Source of the DNA: Octopus sinensis
Taxonomy: Eukaryota
DNA: 64,000 nucleotides
Direction: 5' to 3'
Assembly: GCF_006345805.1 (NCBI RefSeq)
Contig: NC_042998.1
Coordinates: forward strand, 186,062,001 to 186,126,000
In this document: one piece after another, positions 22,837-36,327 of the stretch
How the letters are laid out: every line of letters starts with the position of its first letter
How positions within the stretch are numbered: the first letter of the stretch is position 1
Position numbers and translations under genes: made by a program
Notes under the pieces: model-generated
What the model was told of the DNA's origin: nothing
Databases searched by the model: none
Seen by the model: only the letters and a program-made list of their open reading frames with translations

Positions 22837-24924
22837 GGTCTCATGATAATTCCATTTAACAACCACAATACCATTCTAACCAGAATAGTGTAATGGTAGC
22901 TAATGAATCAATAAGTTAATTATTATCATTCACCTTCCATTTCTAGACATATGCTACCTTTACACTTCTATTGTTCTGTGTTCTCTAAAACCAACTGTGA
23001 AAGTACTATACTTACACATAACATATTGCACATGCTATTTACATATGATATATTGACATATGAAAACACCTTCAATGCTTTTAATAACCCTATTTACTCA
23101 GCTTGAAAACGATCTGATTGATATTTCCTCGCCAAAGGTCTATTGGGAATAGTTAATTATATAAATAGCTTGATTATAGAAACTATAAAGCACCCTTCTT
23201 CATGCTTTGTTTATTGCATACTTGTATTTAAAATGTAATTTTCTCGATATATATTTAAGGAAGAATAGCTCTTTGTTTACATTGGTTTGAAGATATTCAA
23301 GAAACATTGGCTACAAGTATGAAGTATGGAAGAGGGGATGAGAATAAACGTTGTTTAAATGTTGCTCAGGCAAGCTGTAGTGTAACAAGGCAGCTAGTTT
23401 GCTTAGCAAGAGTGTGTTTTATATATCAGAAATAGATCATTGAGATAGGTATCAAATATCTCATTGATTACTGAAGCTAACAATATAGAAAACTAAGGTT
23501 TAGTTTCATTATTTGAATTTCTGGGAACATATAACAGGATGTAGATTATTTCCATGTCTATTTGATGAAGAGCAATTGGTATTTAAGGTTATAGTTGCAT
23601 TTCTTGACTTTTTTATATTCTTAAAATTTATTCTGAAGGTTTCATGGTTGAATTATTATTTAAAAAGAATAAAACACCTGAAAATCCACTGCAGATTTTA
23701 GTCATTCTCTCTTAACACACTTTTCTCCTTAAGGAAAAAGTATCAGTTTGAACCATAAATTCAGACATGCTAAACTATGACTGGTATGTCATCAGAGCAA
23801 TTTTCTAAATTCTTCATTCTAGCAATCACACTGGTTTGTTTTTAAAATTTTCTCACAAGTCCTCATGAAAAAAAGATTAAAATCATACAGTTTGAATCTT
23901 CCATTCACTTAGAGACAGCTGTGAAACATTTTATTTGAAAAAAATGTTTGTAAACATACATCTGTTGCAGACTGTTTGAAGATATACTTGTTCTATATTC
24001 TCACATGTATAATATATTTCAGCTTGTGTACATGCTGTTGTACATCAATTATAAACTATTAAAACCTGTACATTTATTATAAAGTGTTAATACCTGTTAT
24101 AGATTCATTCCATATTGATTTCATATGTTTAGATACAAAAATTCATTGTGTTGAACGCTTGTTAGTATACTTCCATTTTTTTTCAAATTTATTATTGTTG
24201 TAGGTGTTTTCTATATTGATTTCTTTCCACAAATTAATTGTAATTAAATAGTTAAACAAATATCATGCTCGTTTGGATATTGCACTTCCATAAAGATTAC
24301 ATTTTAGCAGCAACCTCTTGGTGTTAAAATTCTGAAAATGAAAAACAATTCTGTTTTTCATTACTTCTACTGGGTTTCTTTGCACAAACCTCTGCATCAC
24401 ACATATGAAGGCCTTCATTTTGTAGTCCAACAACCTGAAGAACTTCCTTCCTTCTTATGTTTTCCTGTAACACACTAACCTCTTCCTCTTCAAGTATTGT
24501 ATCAACTATACCTTTCTTCCACTACCTATATCATTATTACGAGAACTTGCATATATATAGATAGGCACTTATACATATGAGCAATTTTCTTTTTTAACTA
24601 CTGATAAAGTGCACTTTAAAAAGCAAGTGAGCCGCATCTATGATTTGCATTCAGTTATGTTGCTAACGTGCAAATGTCAGAAATTAACTTTTTACCTTAG
24701 TGTAAGTTGGAGGACCCAATAAGAAATATATGCATGTATTTGTAAAATCATAAGCTCTTTAATGCCTGTAATATAAAGGTTAGCTACTCATGCTTCCTGG
24801 TGCCACTAGATGTCTCCTCTACCACTTAAAATCTCTCTCTCTCTCTCTCTCTCTCACATGCATGCTTGCTCACACACACACACATTATAATTCCCACTTC
24901 TGACAGATAGTTTTTGATGACTGG

Positions 24925-25318
24925 TATCCGTGCTAGCAGAGTGCAAAGAGCACCATACGAGTGTGATCATTGCCAGAGTGGCTAACTGGCTTCAGTGCCA
25001 GTGGCATGTAAAAGGCACCATTCAAGCGTGATCGTTACCAACGTCGCCTTACTGGCACTTGTGCTGGTGGCATGTGTAAAAAGATTCGAGCAAGGTCGTT
25101 GCCAGTGTTGCCTGACTGGCCCCCGTGCCAGTGGCACATGAAAGCACCCACTACACTCTTGGAGGGGTTGGCGTTAGGAAGGGCATTCAGCTGTAGAAAC
25201 TCTGCCAGATCAAGATTGGAGCCTGGTGCAGCCATCTGGTTTGCCAGCCCTCAGTCAAATCGTCCAACCCATGCAAGCATGGAAAATGGACGTTAAACAA
25301 TGATGATGATGCTGATGT
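24925..25318 (+). mobile_element. RTE 3' UTR copy with internal tandem array
   Basis: Same unit succession as 19985-20474 and a (GAT)n tail. Confidence 0.9.
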
Positions 25319-25569
25319 TGCTATTTTATCAAACCATTCACTTGACCTGAACTGATGAGTAGAAGTCTCAAAATGTTCTCAGAAGCTGTATTCAAATTGC
25401 TCCTATTCAGACTCCATACCTCTGAAGATGTAGTCATTCATCTGTACCTATGAATAGGAAGCTGAATCAACCTGTTATTAAGTACTTACAACTGTGCATG
25501 TGTTGAGTGCTACTTTCTTTCACTTTTTGACACACACACACACACACATATATGCATGTATGTGTGTGT

Positions 25570-25995
25570 GTGTACAAACTGTAGGCAATGGTTGTTGGTT
25601 TAGAATTTCACTTTGTAACCATGTGGTTTGAGATCTGATCCCACTGTGTAGTACTTTGGGTAAATTCTTCTACTTGGGTTAACTAATATTAGTGAGTGGA
25701 ATTTGGTACATGGATATTGTATGGAAGCCTGTCATATGTGCGTGTGCTTTTCTGTGTGCATGTGTGTGTGTATTCATGTGTGTGTGTGTGTGTGTGTGTG
25801 TGTATCCATGTATGTCTGTGTCTACGTTTGGGTTTATGTTTAATTAGTGCAAAACTTGGTGTTGTATCAAGATGGTAACTTAACCATCCAATAAATATAG
25901 ATTGATACAACAAAGTACCAGACTAAAATAATTACTAGAATTGACTGGAATTAATATGATTTTGAAGGTGGCACCTCAGCATGATCACGGTTCAA
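25570..25995 (+). mobile_element. Degenerate CORE-type SINE ending about 120 bp upstream of the ITPR acceptor
   Basis: gatcccactgtgtagtactttgggtaaattcttctac..ggtggcacctcagcatgatcacgg. Confidence 0.6.
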
Positions 25996-26114
25996 TTAAT
26001 TGTTGAACCCAGTAAAATTGTAAAAGAATAACTTAGGTCTCTAGTGTAACTAAAACATTATACAATGTCAAAGTCATTAAGTTTTAACAATGCTTTTGTT
26101 GTGTTCTCTTTCAG

Positions 26115-26185
26115 ACTTGTGGATGACAGATGTGTTGTACAACCAGATGCTGGAGATATTACAAATCCACCCAAAAAATTCAGAG
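26115..26185 (+). CDS. ITPR: Internal coding exon (71 bp) of an inositol 1,4,5-trisphosphate receptor, N-terminal suppressor domain
   Basis: Acceptor ttttgttgtgttctctttcag| and donor |gtttga. Translation (G)[23 protein letters not shown](D) matches the conserved ITPR motif [29 protein letters not shown]. The first base completes a split Gly codon and the last base starts the Asp codon; as I recall, the homologous vertebrate exon is also 71 bp. Too short for the ORF track. Confidence 0.95.
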
Positions 26186-26479
26186 GTTTGATAACATTTT
26201 CTTTTAATATATGCATATATTTTTTATTGCTGTAATCTGTTCTAATTTTGTAGACCATTTTTTAGCTGTCCAGGAATAATATTCAAATAACAGCTATCAT
26301 GAGACAAATTGTTAAAAAAAATAAGCTAGAATTCAAATGTGACTGTGCCTTTAAGTATTGTTCCTTTGAGCCTTTAAAAAGTGGCTAAACAATATGATAT
26401 TTCTGCTATCCTATTCAAATTGCCCTATCCTCTCCAAATACTTTTCTTTTCTCTTTCTGCCCCAACATGCATAGACATA

Positions 26480-27275
26480 CCAATTAGATCACAACTAACA
26501 TTTCAGAGATGATTGAGGTGAGACCAACAGCATGGTTACTATAGTGTTGATGTCACTGGAGACTTTATGCTACACATGCTAATTGGTTACTTACTCTTGC
26601 AAACTTCAATAAAAGTAAAATTGTTGCTCTCAACATTGACTAAACCTATTAGATAGAGGTTTAGTTGATATTTAGAGCTTTTGACATAGAAATATTCTTA
26701 TAAAGATCCCTCTGTTTTCATTTGCTGGATTAGAAGTTTCTTGTCAGACCATTCTGTTACAGATTGTGTCAACAATCCTTAGTCTACTCTGATGTATATT
26801 CTGGTAGGATTACATCCTTTAAATTCTTTCTTGTGTTTGATACCAATCTTTCTTATTTTTGTCATTATTTCATGCCATACACATTCCTAGGAAGATGATA
26901 CAAATCTTCACTCTTCTTTAATCTTATATACATAAGCATTATCCATATGTAATCTATATGCTTATACTAATATATAACATCTATGAAGAGATAACTTGAA
27001 AATATTTTGCAAGGAGGGCATAACAACCCAGACTAAAACACCACTAAGACTTAGTTATTATACATGTCAAAAAACAAAGCTACAACTCTTTCTCCCTAAT
27101 CATTAACACAGCTAAAGTCTTTATGCTCTAAAAATATTCTAGACTGCATCCCTTAAAAGTGCAATTCTTCAGAGTCAGAAAAATTTTAATATTTGCTAAT
27201 CTCCTTCCACGGCATGAATGTTCCTTGCTATAGGGTAATGAATACATTCTGGAATAGTGCAGCTGCCCCCTAAAA
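26480..27275 (+). mobile_element. Degenerate CR1-group LINE RT fragment
   Basis: Pseudo-translation WLLTLANFNKSKIVALNID..FICWIRSFLSDHSVTDCVN and a decayed YADDT-like motif (gaagatgatacaaat); related to 16660-17450. Confidence 0.65.
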
Positions 27276-27599
27276 AATTTACTAAGACAATCAAAAAAAA
27301 AAAAAAAAAAAAAAAGAAAGAAATGTGTCAGCTAGCATATAAGCAAACTTTTATGCACCAACATCTTACAAACATATGCTCTTGATGTGCTTTGTCCTCT
27401 TTTCTTTTGTACAACTACTACAAAGATTATTCTCTTCTGAACTTGCCTTTTATGTAGACCCTACTCTAAATTCCTACTCTATTCTTATCATTTGTTATTG
27501 CTACAATATCTTACAGAATCTTATATTAATTCATACATTACCCTTAAGCCTTTACCTATAGAAAACAAAACCTTATTTATATCACCATGTGGGAGTTCT

Positions 27600-27952
27600 T
27601 ACATGGGCTATAGGCATTCTATGATGTGCCACCGACACAGGTGCCATTTGCATGATGCTGGGGTGCATTTACATGCCACCAGCATGGGTGCCAACTTGCC
27701 TGACACCAGTATCTGTCACGACTGCAAGCCAAGCAAAATTACAGTTGTGGCACATACCAGTGTCATACAAATGGCATGTGAAAGCACCCATTACACTTTC
27801 AGAGTGGTTGGTATTAGGAAGGGCATCCAGCCATAGAAAACTATGCCAAATCCAACTGGAGTCTGGTTCAACCTTCCAGCGTGCCAGCCCAGTCAAACCA
27901 TCCATCCCATGCCAGCATGGACAACGGACATTAAATGATGATGATGATGATA
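27600..27952 (+). mobile_element. RTE 3' UTR copy
   Basis: ggcatgtgaaagcacccattacac..catgccagcatggacaacggacattaaa(tga)n. Confidence 0.8.
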
Positions 27953-28399
27953 AATCAATATTACTCTAAACTTTCCTGTCTAAGATTTAAACACAACATA
28001 TTACATGTGGCCATGCTTGGATACACTTAGATGATATGATTTATTTAATCAGATGGAACAAAACATGACATATCTTGTTTACTGTGACAGTTGACTGTGA
28101 GAAGCAATAAAACTGAGGGCAACAGGTCAATTTAGAAGTAAGGTATGTCTAGTGCTGGTGAAATACAAACCCCATTTCAAAAATTTACGATTTACATCTT
28201 TTAAATGTGAAAAATCTGATTATTGCTTTGGTAAAATTATTATCGACTATCAAGGAGTGAGCAATACATAATTATTTTTTATGTGTTAAAACCATTTAAA
28301 TATGAAGTTGATGTAAAGAGGCCATTCACTTTTGTTTCTACCTGTACTGCAAATTTGGAAAAAAGCAGGAGAAAAAAAAAAGCCCAATCATATTATTTA

Positions 28400-28660
28400 C
28401 TTCATCATCATCATTGTTTAATGTCCATTTTCCATGCAGGCATAGGTTGGATGGTTTGACATGGAGCTGGGCAGCTGTCCAGACTCCAGTTGTCTGTTGT
28501 GGCATGGTTTCTTTGGCTGGGTGCTTTCTATGTGTCACCTGCATGGGTGCATTTATGCAGCACCAGCATGAGTGCATTTTATGTGGCACTGGCACCTGTA
28601 AAGGACAAGCATATATGCATGAATGACAGTGAGTTGACTTAGCTTAGTGCATCTTAAGTA
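28400..28660 (-). mobile_element. RTE 3' UTR copy, antisense
   Basis: (cat)n-tgtttaatgtccattttccatgcaggcataggttggatgg. Confidence 0.75.
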
Positions 28661-29340
28661 CAGCAAATCACAACACCTGGTCCCTTTCTAAATTTAACAA
28701 TTATAAACTTAAGTGTAGAATGGTTGTTCTTATAACTCATAAAGGTAAGAAAGTGAAAAATCATTAAAGCTTAATGCAGATTAAACAGTTTTGCTCTAGT
28801 GAGCATGAAATATAAATTACTACAAGAAATAAACATTTCCAGTTTAGCAAACAAGTTTCTCCATGACAAATATCAAAAATATAATTTTATTGAAATGTCA
28901 AGCTTCACTTAATGTTTCTCATATAAAGTTCAATGTTAATTGTTACAAATATATATTTTACTGTGCCATCACTATAGAAATTGCAAGGATATATCTTTTA
29001 ACAGTGCATGCAATGAACTTAAATATAAACAAATATTATTCTCCTTACACAAGCTTAATCTGGCTTGGTTCAGTCTGTATTGCTTTAAGGAAAATTGCAA
29101 GAGGCCATAGTACAGTTTCATAGGTGAACTGTTTAAATGTTTTAAAGATATGTTTATAATGTTTTCCTGCTTCTGTTTCAGTATGTAATGCTATAAATAC
29201 AGAATGAAATTGAAGAGATGATCTACTATTTACACAATATTTATATTATTTGTTTGATTGATAAGCTATGGAATGAAACCACTGACTCAGCTTTATATAA
29301 TTCATAAAACAATTGACATGAAAATATTTTAAATTGTATA

Positions 29341-29379
<39 letters not shown>

Positions 29380-30347
29380 TTACATATATACATACATACA
29401 TACCTTTCATATGCCTTTCATGTTACTGATCATTCCAATGGTTGAAGCAGGGAAAGAATGTTACACTATATTAGTAAAAATATTTGCAAATACATCAAAA
29501 TATAATTAGTCAACAACATGTAGAGATTTGATTAGTTGTTAAAAAATTATTAGAAAACATACATTTCTCTATTCAATTTGTTATGTGCAGAACATATATT
29601 TTCATGTACTTACATGCAAAAATATGTGATATATTCATGTTTTCAGTACTATGTATGCAAAGTACATGTAAGTAAAGGGAGACTGCTTTGGTTAAGGAAA
29701 CTTTAGTGTTAATAAATATTTATCTTTTATCTATATGACTATCAGTCAAAGTATGGCAAACCTGTGTAGAAATAAACTATTTTACCCATTTAATAGTTTG
29801 AAATTCCTCAATAAAATACAATAGAAAGGGGAATTGTCTGCAAGAATTCACCAATTCCAGTCTTTTGCTCAGAATTGTTAAAGGCTGTAACAGAATTGTA
29901 TACCATCAGAAAGCGCTTATTGTGGATTATATAGCACACACCTGTGAGATGTGTGGCTTACTACTTTTGTTGTACAGTCATAAAAGATGATAACATTTAA
30001 AGGTAACACAGGCCAGAGTGAAAAAGGAAGAAGTAAAGTTGAGCACCAGTATAGCACTGATGTCTATTGTATCACTCTTACAGATTTTTAAAACCAAAGC
30101 TATGAACTACTAAATCATGTGCCAATGATCTGCGAGTCTCTGGTAGCCATCTCCAAAAGCATTTTATTTTTTATCTCAGTCTTTTTTTTATGTTTCTACT
30201 ATTGTAATAGTTGGTGGAAGGTGCACATAAACACATACTTGTTGTTGATTCTAAGATTTGTCTGTAATAACAACATAGCTATAATAATGTGAAGAGACAG
30301 TCATCTGTTACAGGAGTGAAATGTTCAAATATATATAGCAAACTGTA

Positions 30348-30698
30348 TGTGGAGGCGCAATGGCCCAGTGGTTAGGGCAGCGGACTCACGGTCGTAGGAT
30401 CGCAGTTTCGATTCCCAGACCGGGTGTTGTGAGTGTTTATTGAGCGAAAACACCTAAAGCTCCACGAGGCTCCGGCAGGGATGGTGGTGATCCCTGCTGT
30501 ACTCTTTCACCACAACTTTCTCTCACTCTTACTTCCTGTCACTCTCTGTGTCACGCTGAATATCCCCGAGAACTACGTTAAGGGTACACGTGTCTGTGGA
30601 GTGCTCAGCCACTTACACGTTAATTTCACAAGCAGGCTGTTCTGTTGATCGGATCAACTGGAACCCTCGTCGTCGTAACCGACGGAGTGCTTCCATCC
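30348..30698 (+). mobile_element. Full-length tRNA-derived SINE with 13-bp TSD
   Basis: A-box TGGCCCAGTGG, B-box GTTTCGATTCC; TSD ATAGCAAACTGTA at 30335-30347 and 30699-30711. Confidence 0.9.
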
Positions 30699-31397
30699 AT
30701 AGCAAACTGTAGGTTCAACAATTCAGCAAATGTAAGCACAGAATCAGTTTTTAAAATTGAACTGTTTGTCTGCAAAATCCAAATTTTTCAGATCCTTTAT
30801 ATTTGTTTCCTAATATATAAATTATACAGTGTCTTCCCACTTCATTTGTGATATAACTTCAACAAACTGTAATATTAATTTTTTTTAATGCTAATCTATT
30901 TAAACTATTTTTTCTACCATCTGTCATATAAATTTATTTAACTTAATCACATTGTTTAAAATTCCTAAATTCTCAAATTTGTCCACTCTGTGCATTCTTT
31001 CTCATATTGTTACACAAATTTCAATGTGTCTGTCATCTTATCCATCTGCCAAAATATTTAAAATATATTTTTTTACTCTAGTGTTTATTTTTCTGAAGTA
31101 GGTTACTTTCAATGTCTGAACATTGTTTTACATCTAATTTTCCATGTTAGCATGGTTTAAACTAGCATTATTGAGACACTCTTTTACAGCTAGATGTCCT
31201 AGTTAGTAATCCTTACCTGTTTTTCAAGTAAGAGATCTTTGATTCCACTTATTTTCAAAAGTGCAGAGTGAACAGCTGATTTCCTTTACAGGAAAAAATA
31301 ACAGAAACAACATCGCTTAGAACAAACACCTTTTGTAGAGCTCAAATGTAAACAGACACACTTATGTACAAGCACGCGTGCACACACGCACGCATGC

Positions 31398-31423
31398 ACG
31401 CAGGCAGGCAGGCAGGCAGGCAG

Positions 31424-31460
<37 letters not shown>

Positions 31461-31482
31461 AGAAAGAGAGAGAGAGAGAGAG
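31398..31482. repeat. (GCAG)n then (GA)n microsatellite
   Basis: Directly visible. Confidence 0.95.
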
Positions 31483-32254
31483 AAATGACAAGCTGTTTTC
31501 AGTTTCTGTATACTAAATTCACTCCACACTTTGGTTGACCTCAGGTTATAGTCACTTGCCCAAAGTGGGACTGAACCTGAAACTATGTCATTGGATAATA
31601 AAATTCTTAACTACAGAGTCACACCTTCAACCAGTAGAGATGATTGTAATTTTTTTTCTAAGTGTTAGTTATTCTAAATTTTATGTATTTTCTTTGCTCA
31701 CTTCAGTTTAAACTAGCATTATATAAAAAGTTGCCTGACAACCTAACATTTCAACATTTCCTATAAAATATAAATTAAGAAAAGAAACATTTAAAATAAA
31801 GTTTATATTTGAAGATTGACAAGAGAAAAAGATATTTATTATATCATTTTATTGATATCCATCAAAAGAGTAAACAGGCTTCTAGTTTACCTTGAACTTC
31901 TTAGTATTGCAAAAACAAAAAAAAAACAGAGTGATAGTTAGTAATGCAGTAATAGTGGGCTTCACCATATTTTCACTATAAAATTGTCATCTGATTTGGT
32001 AATAAGCTGCATTAAGAAAACTTGACCTTGAGTATCTGCAGTATGATTTATACATGTCAAGAATCTAACCGGTATTGTTCTTCATACTCTGCTTCTTGTG
32101 TTTACCACAGAAAATAGCTTTATATATATATATATACACACACACATGCGCTGACATAGAACCAATGTTGAACACTTTATTCACAATATTACTGAATCTG
32201 GAACTTAACTATGGCCTGCCTATAGCACTTATTCAGCATTACCTGACACCTTTG

Positions 32255-32442
32255 GGTCTCGGTGGCACGTAAAAAGCACCCACTACACTCACAGAGTGGT
32301 TGGCGTTAAGAAGGGCATCCAGCCGTAGAAACATTGCCAGATCAGACTGGGCTTGGTGCAGCATTCTGGCTTCCCAGACCCCAGTTGAACTGTCCAACCC
32401 ATGCTAGCATGGAAAGCGGACACTAAATGATGATGATGATGA
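32255..32442 (+). mobile_element. RTE 3' UTR copy
   Basis: ggtggcacgtaaaaagcaccc..catgctagcatggaaagcggacactaaa(tga)n; a decayed antisense copy follows at about 32480-32640. Confidence 0.85.
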
Positions 32443-33011
32443 TATATATTTATATATATACACACAATATGCTTCATCATGCTTCATCATCATCATTAGC
32501 AAGGGACTGAACTGCATCAGACCTCAATGTTAGCTTTGACATGGTTTCTACCCTTCCTAATGCTTCTTTACAATGTATATTGGGTGGGTTTTTGTGTGTG
32601 TGTGTGACAGTGACACTAATGAGGTCACCAAGTAACTTGTAAGACAAAGTAATGAAAGGAAAAGTGGAAAACAAATCCTTGAGGGAGTGGGAGTATATTT
32701 GAGAAGGTCAAGGTGGCTTTATACCAGGTGTTGAAGGCTGAAATATGATAGTGGGACAGGCACAGGTGCCTTGCTATAGAGGAAGTGCATGGCTACTCCA
32801 TATTATGGTAGGATGAGAGTAGTTTGGAAATAGAGGTGATGGTGACAGGGTACTAGAGGACACCTTGAAGGTACAAGTAAGTAGAAGGGAGAATATAAAT
32901 TGTGGATCAAGAAGGAAGGAAAGGATAGGTGATTTCAATGATTTGGATGCTTCTCCTTTAAATCCCAAGCTTTTGTCTTAAAAAAGGAAATACATTAGAT
33001 AATGAAGTTTT

Positions 33012-33400
33012 AGCTGAGCTGGCAGAAACATTAGCACGCCGGGCAAAATGCTCAGCAGTACTTCGTCTGTCTTTACATTCTGAGTTAGAATTGTGCCGAG
33101 GTTGACTTTGCCTTTCATCCTTTCGTGGTCCATAAATTAAGTACATACTGGGGTCGATGTAATTGACTTCATCCGTTTGTCTGTCCTTGTTTGTCCCCTC
33201 TGTGTTTAGCTCCTTGTGGGTAGTAAAGAAATAGGCATTTCGTTTGTCACTACGTTATTAGTTCAAATTCTGCCGAGGTCAACTTTGCCTTTCATCCTTT
33301 CTTGGTCGATAAATTAAGTACCAGTTGCTTACTGAGGTCGATCTAATCGACTGGCCCTCTCCCCCCAAAATTTCGGGCCTTGTGCCTAGAGTAGAAAAGA
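33012..33400 (+). mobile_element. tRNA SINE with complete head and duplicated body carrying two different tails
   Basis: gagctggcagaaacattagcacgccgggc head; unit 1 ends gtagtaaagaaatag, unit 2 ends gggccttgtgcctagagtagaaaaga. Confidence 0.85.
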
Positions 33401-33719
33401 ATTAATCCTAAAAAGACTAAATGATCACAGCTAGGATACCTTAGCTCTTAAGTCTGCTTCATCAGAGCTATCCTGCAGCTAAACAACAACAACTTTGTAT
33501 TCTTTTTTTTTCTTCACATAATTGATTTTAGTCATTAAGTATGGCCATACTAGAGCACCACTTTCATATCAACTCCTGTATTTTTTTTTATCAGTCTATA
33601 TTTATCAAATCACTAAATTATTCTTTTAGCCACCACTCTGGTTTTAAATGGTGATGTGTCAAACACATAAACTTAAACATAGCCACCTGTATCCTCCTCC
33701 ACCACCACCACTGCCACCA

Positions 33720-34060
33720 TGCACATCCATATTATCATCATTTTACATACATTTGTCATGCTGGTATGGATTGGACAAATCATTATGATCTGAGTTCCTA
33801 TTGAGGGATACTGCTCTCATAGACTGATGCTTGTATATGTGTCATTTTGGCTTGGTTTTCATAGTTACAAGCCCTTCCTATTACCAATCACTTTGTAGCG
33901 TGTACATTTTCTCATGGCACCAGCACTAGACAGGTTGATAAGTCATTGAGAGACAAGTGTGAAAGTAACTCACAACCTTACATGTTCTGTTTATTATGTG
34001 TCCTCAGTATATTTTTTGTGACACCAGCATTGGGGAAAGTGTTAAGTCTTTGGTGAGCTG
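33720..34060 (-). mobile_element. Degenerate RTE-tail repeat, antisense
   Basis: catcattttacatacatttgtcatgctggtatggattgg..gcccttcctattaccaatcac. Confidence 0.55.
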
Positions 34061-35479
34061 GGACTAAGAAATATCTCAGCCCTACTATAACTTTTCTCAC
34101 TCACTAACTAGTCTAAAGTATACAGGAAAGATTGAGAACAGGGAAATTTCTATCATGGCATCAGGATGAGGTGGGTGTGGTGTTTGCATACTGTAAGTGT
34201 AGTGAATAATCAATAACCTAAAATCCCTTGGGTAATTTAACCAAGGAGGGGAACAGTAGAGGACCAGAATGGGAGAGTGAAAGGGGCATGACAGGAATGG
34301 TAGAGGCAGAGTTACTGAGATGGTGATGAAAGAGAGGTGATGAGCAATAACAGTAGTGGACATAGCAAGAATAGGTGATGGGTGATAAATAGAAGTGATG
34401 CAAGTGAGATAGATAAATAGATAGATAGATAGATAGAGATTGATGAGCACTAGTTAAGATGGACATTGCAAGAAAAGGAGACAGCTAACAAATAAAAGCG
34501 GCCCAGATGAAGAGAGTAATGGATATCTGTAAAAATATATTGAAGTTTTATTTGTTTTGTTAAATATTCAATTCACAAAAAATCCTGGTAGCATATTCAG
34601 TTCACCCATTTTCTATTGTCATAGCTTTAAATTTTTGTTGTTGTTGTTCTTTTAATATGGAGACTAGAAAATAACTATTAGTATCACTAAATAACTCTTA
34701 GTAATAACTCCTATTATGTAATAGTAATAACTCCCTACTATGTTTCAATCTAATGTTGTGTTTAACCCAACGTCAGTTCTGATTAAGGAAACCTAAGATC
34801 AAAAGCATCTCAGCTAAAACCATTTGTTTCTGTTTTTTAATTTTTTTTTAATTACAAATATTGTATTTTGAGCAACATTGTCTAATGTCTCTTCTTTTTC
34901 TTAAGATGGTAGAGTGTGATTTGGAAACATCTGGCTTCTATTTTTAGACGTTTGAGTGACCACTAGTCACTTATAGAAACAGTAGAACGATTTCAGAATT
35001 TGAGAATGGAGCAGCAAAGAAGCCACAACTCAGAAGATTTAGCTATTGATAGACATGAAATATTTGGTATTTCAGATAAACTGGGAAGCTAGTTCCTTGC
35101 TATCTAAATTCCCAGATGCAACTGATATTGATAGTTAACATCTATAAAAAAAGGCCATGAAGGCTCACTTAAAGGGTGGAACTAGTAAAATTGCAGCTCC
35201 AAGAATTCAGAATATTTGTAAATAGTTTGAAAACTGTACTTTTTTCTGTGTGGAATTTAGGAGTTTCAGCATTAACGTGTAGAGATGTATATATAAGCCA
35301 TATGATGGAATTAATTATATAGTCACTAAAGGCAAAAGTCAGAACTTTAGTAAGAAATGCAATTAATCTACTGTATCATTAACTTGATTATTTTCAAGAT
35401 TAACCATTAAACAATGCAAAATGTTGGTCCTTGAATATCACAAATAAATTTAAACTCTATGTTTTGAATATAAATTGAG

Positions 35480-35752
35480 ATAATATAATAATAATAATGA
35501 AATTATTGTATACAGTTCTCAGGTGCACCACAACTTTTCAAAAGTGCGTATAAAGACTATGCAGTAATGTACAAATGTCTGGAAAGTGAACAGTGTATGA
35601 GTCAGATACATGCTTGCGTGTGTATGGAGGGGAGAAAATCAGGTGTAGTGTTGGCGGATCTCAGGAAGCATGGACGTTTTGAAGGATGCAGTGCTCCGAC
35701 AACTAACAACTGATGCCGGCAGTTTGTTCCAGATGGACGAAGCTGTTGTTAA
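35480..35752 (-). mobile_element. CR1-clade LINE 3' end (short copy)
   Basis: Minus strand WNKLPASVVSCRSTASFKTSMLPEIRQHYT* then UTR and (ATT)n tail; paralogous to 40530-40895. Confidence 0.8.
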
Positions 35753-36327
35753 AAGCATTTTGTTCTGTAATGTGTCTGCCTAATAGAGTATCATACTGTG
35801 TTCTCAGACATAAAATGGTTATTCTATGGGTATCAATAGGTATTCTGAGCATGTTGATTTCTTTTTCCAGTTTTCCACTCTGATCATACATGGTTCTGGT
35901 GGTGGTGTCATGTAAACATAGGTGAAGTGAGCTTGATTTCAGCATGACAATTGCTGTTCTTCTGTACTTGTCATTGGGCTGGGCTGAAGGGATCGTTGAA
36001 GCTGAAGCTATTACAATACCTACATTCTTTGATAATAATAAGAACATGTTAAAAGCAAGATTTTCCCTGTAAACTGCTTTTAACATGTTCTTATTATCAA
36101 AGAATGTATATATGTATTGTAATATTTTGTGACAACCAGTACCTAACACAACAAAGCTTTTACATGTTACTTTTGACAATCTTTTTCTAAAAAAAGGGAA
36201 ACCGGTCAAGTGAATAAACATCTTTTAAAATTGCATTTTCAAACCTTCTTTCATATATAATTCTACTCGTGCAGTACCTTACAACTTCACTTTGTTATAT
36301 GTATGTATGTATATATTCTGCACATAC

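Noticed and set aside
23100-24550. Possible very old LINE ORF remnants on the minus strand
   Set aside because: Only faint motif resemblance amid many stops; cannot be supported by eye.
30351-30420. tRNA gene
   Set aside because: The tRNA-like head continues into a SINE body and the whole unit is flanked by a 13-bp TSD; same reasoning for 38276 and 33012.
33430-33480. Minus-strand CTGATGAAGC motif with flanking AGGATA/TATCCT pairing
   Set aside because: The required GAAA is absent.
35703-36221. 172-aa minus-strand ORF
   Set aside because: No recognisable domain; its end overlaps a CR1 3' fragment and the rest reads as AT-rich intron.
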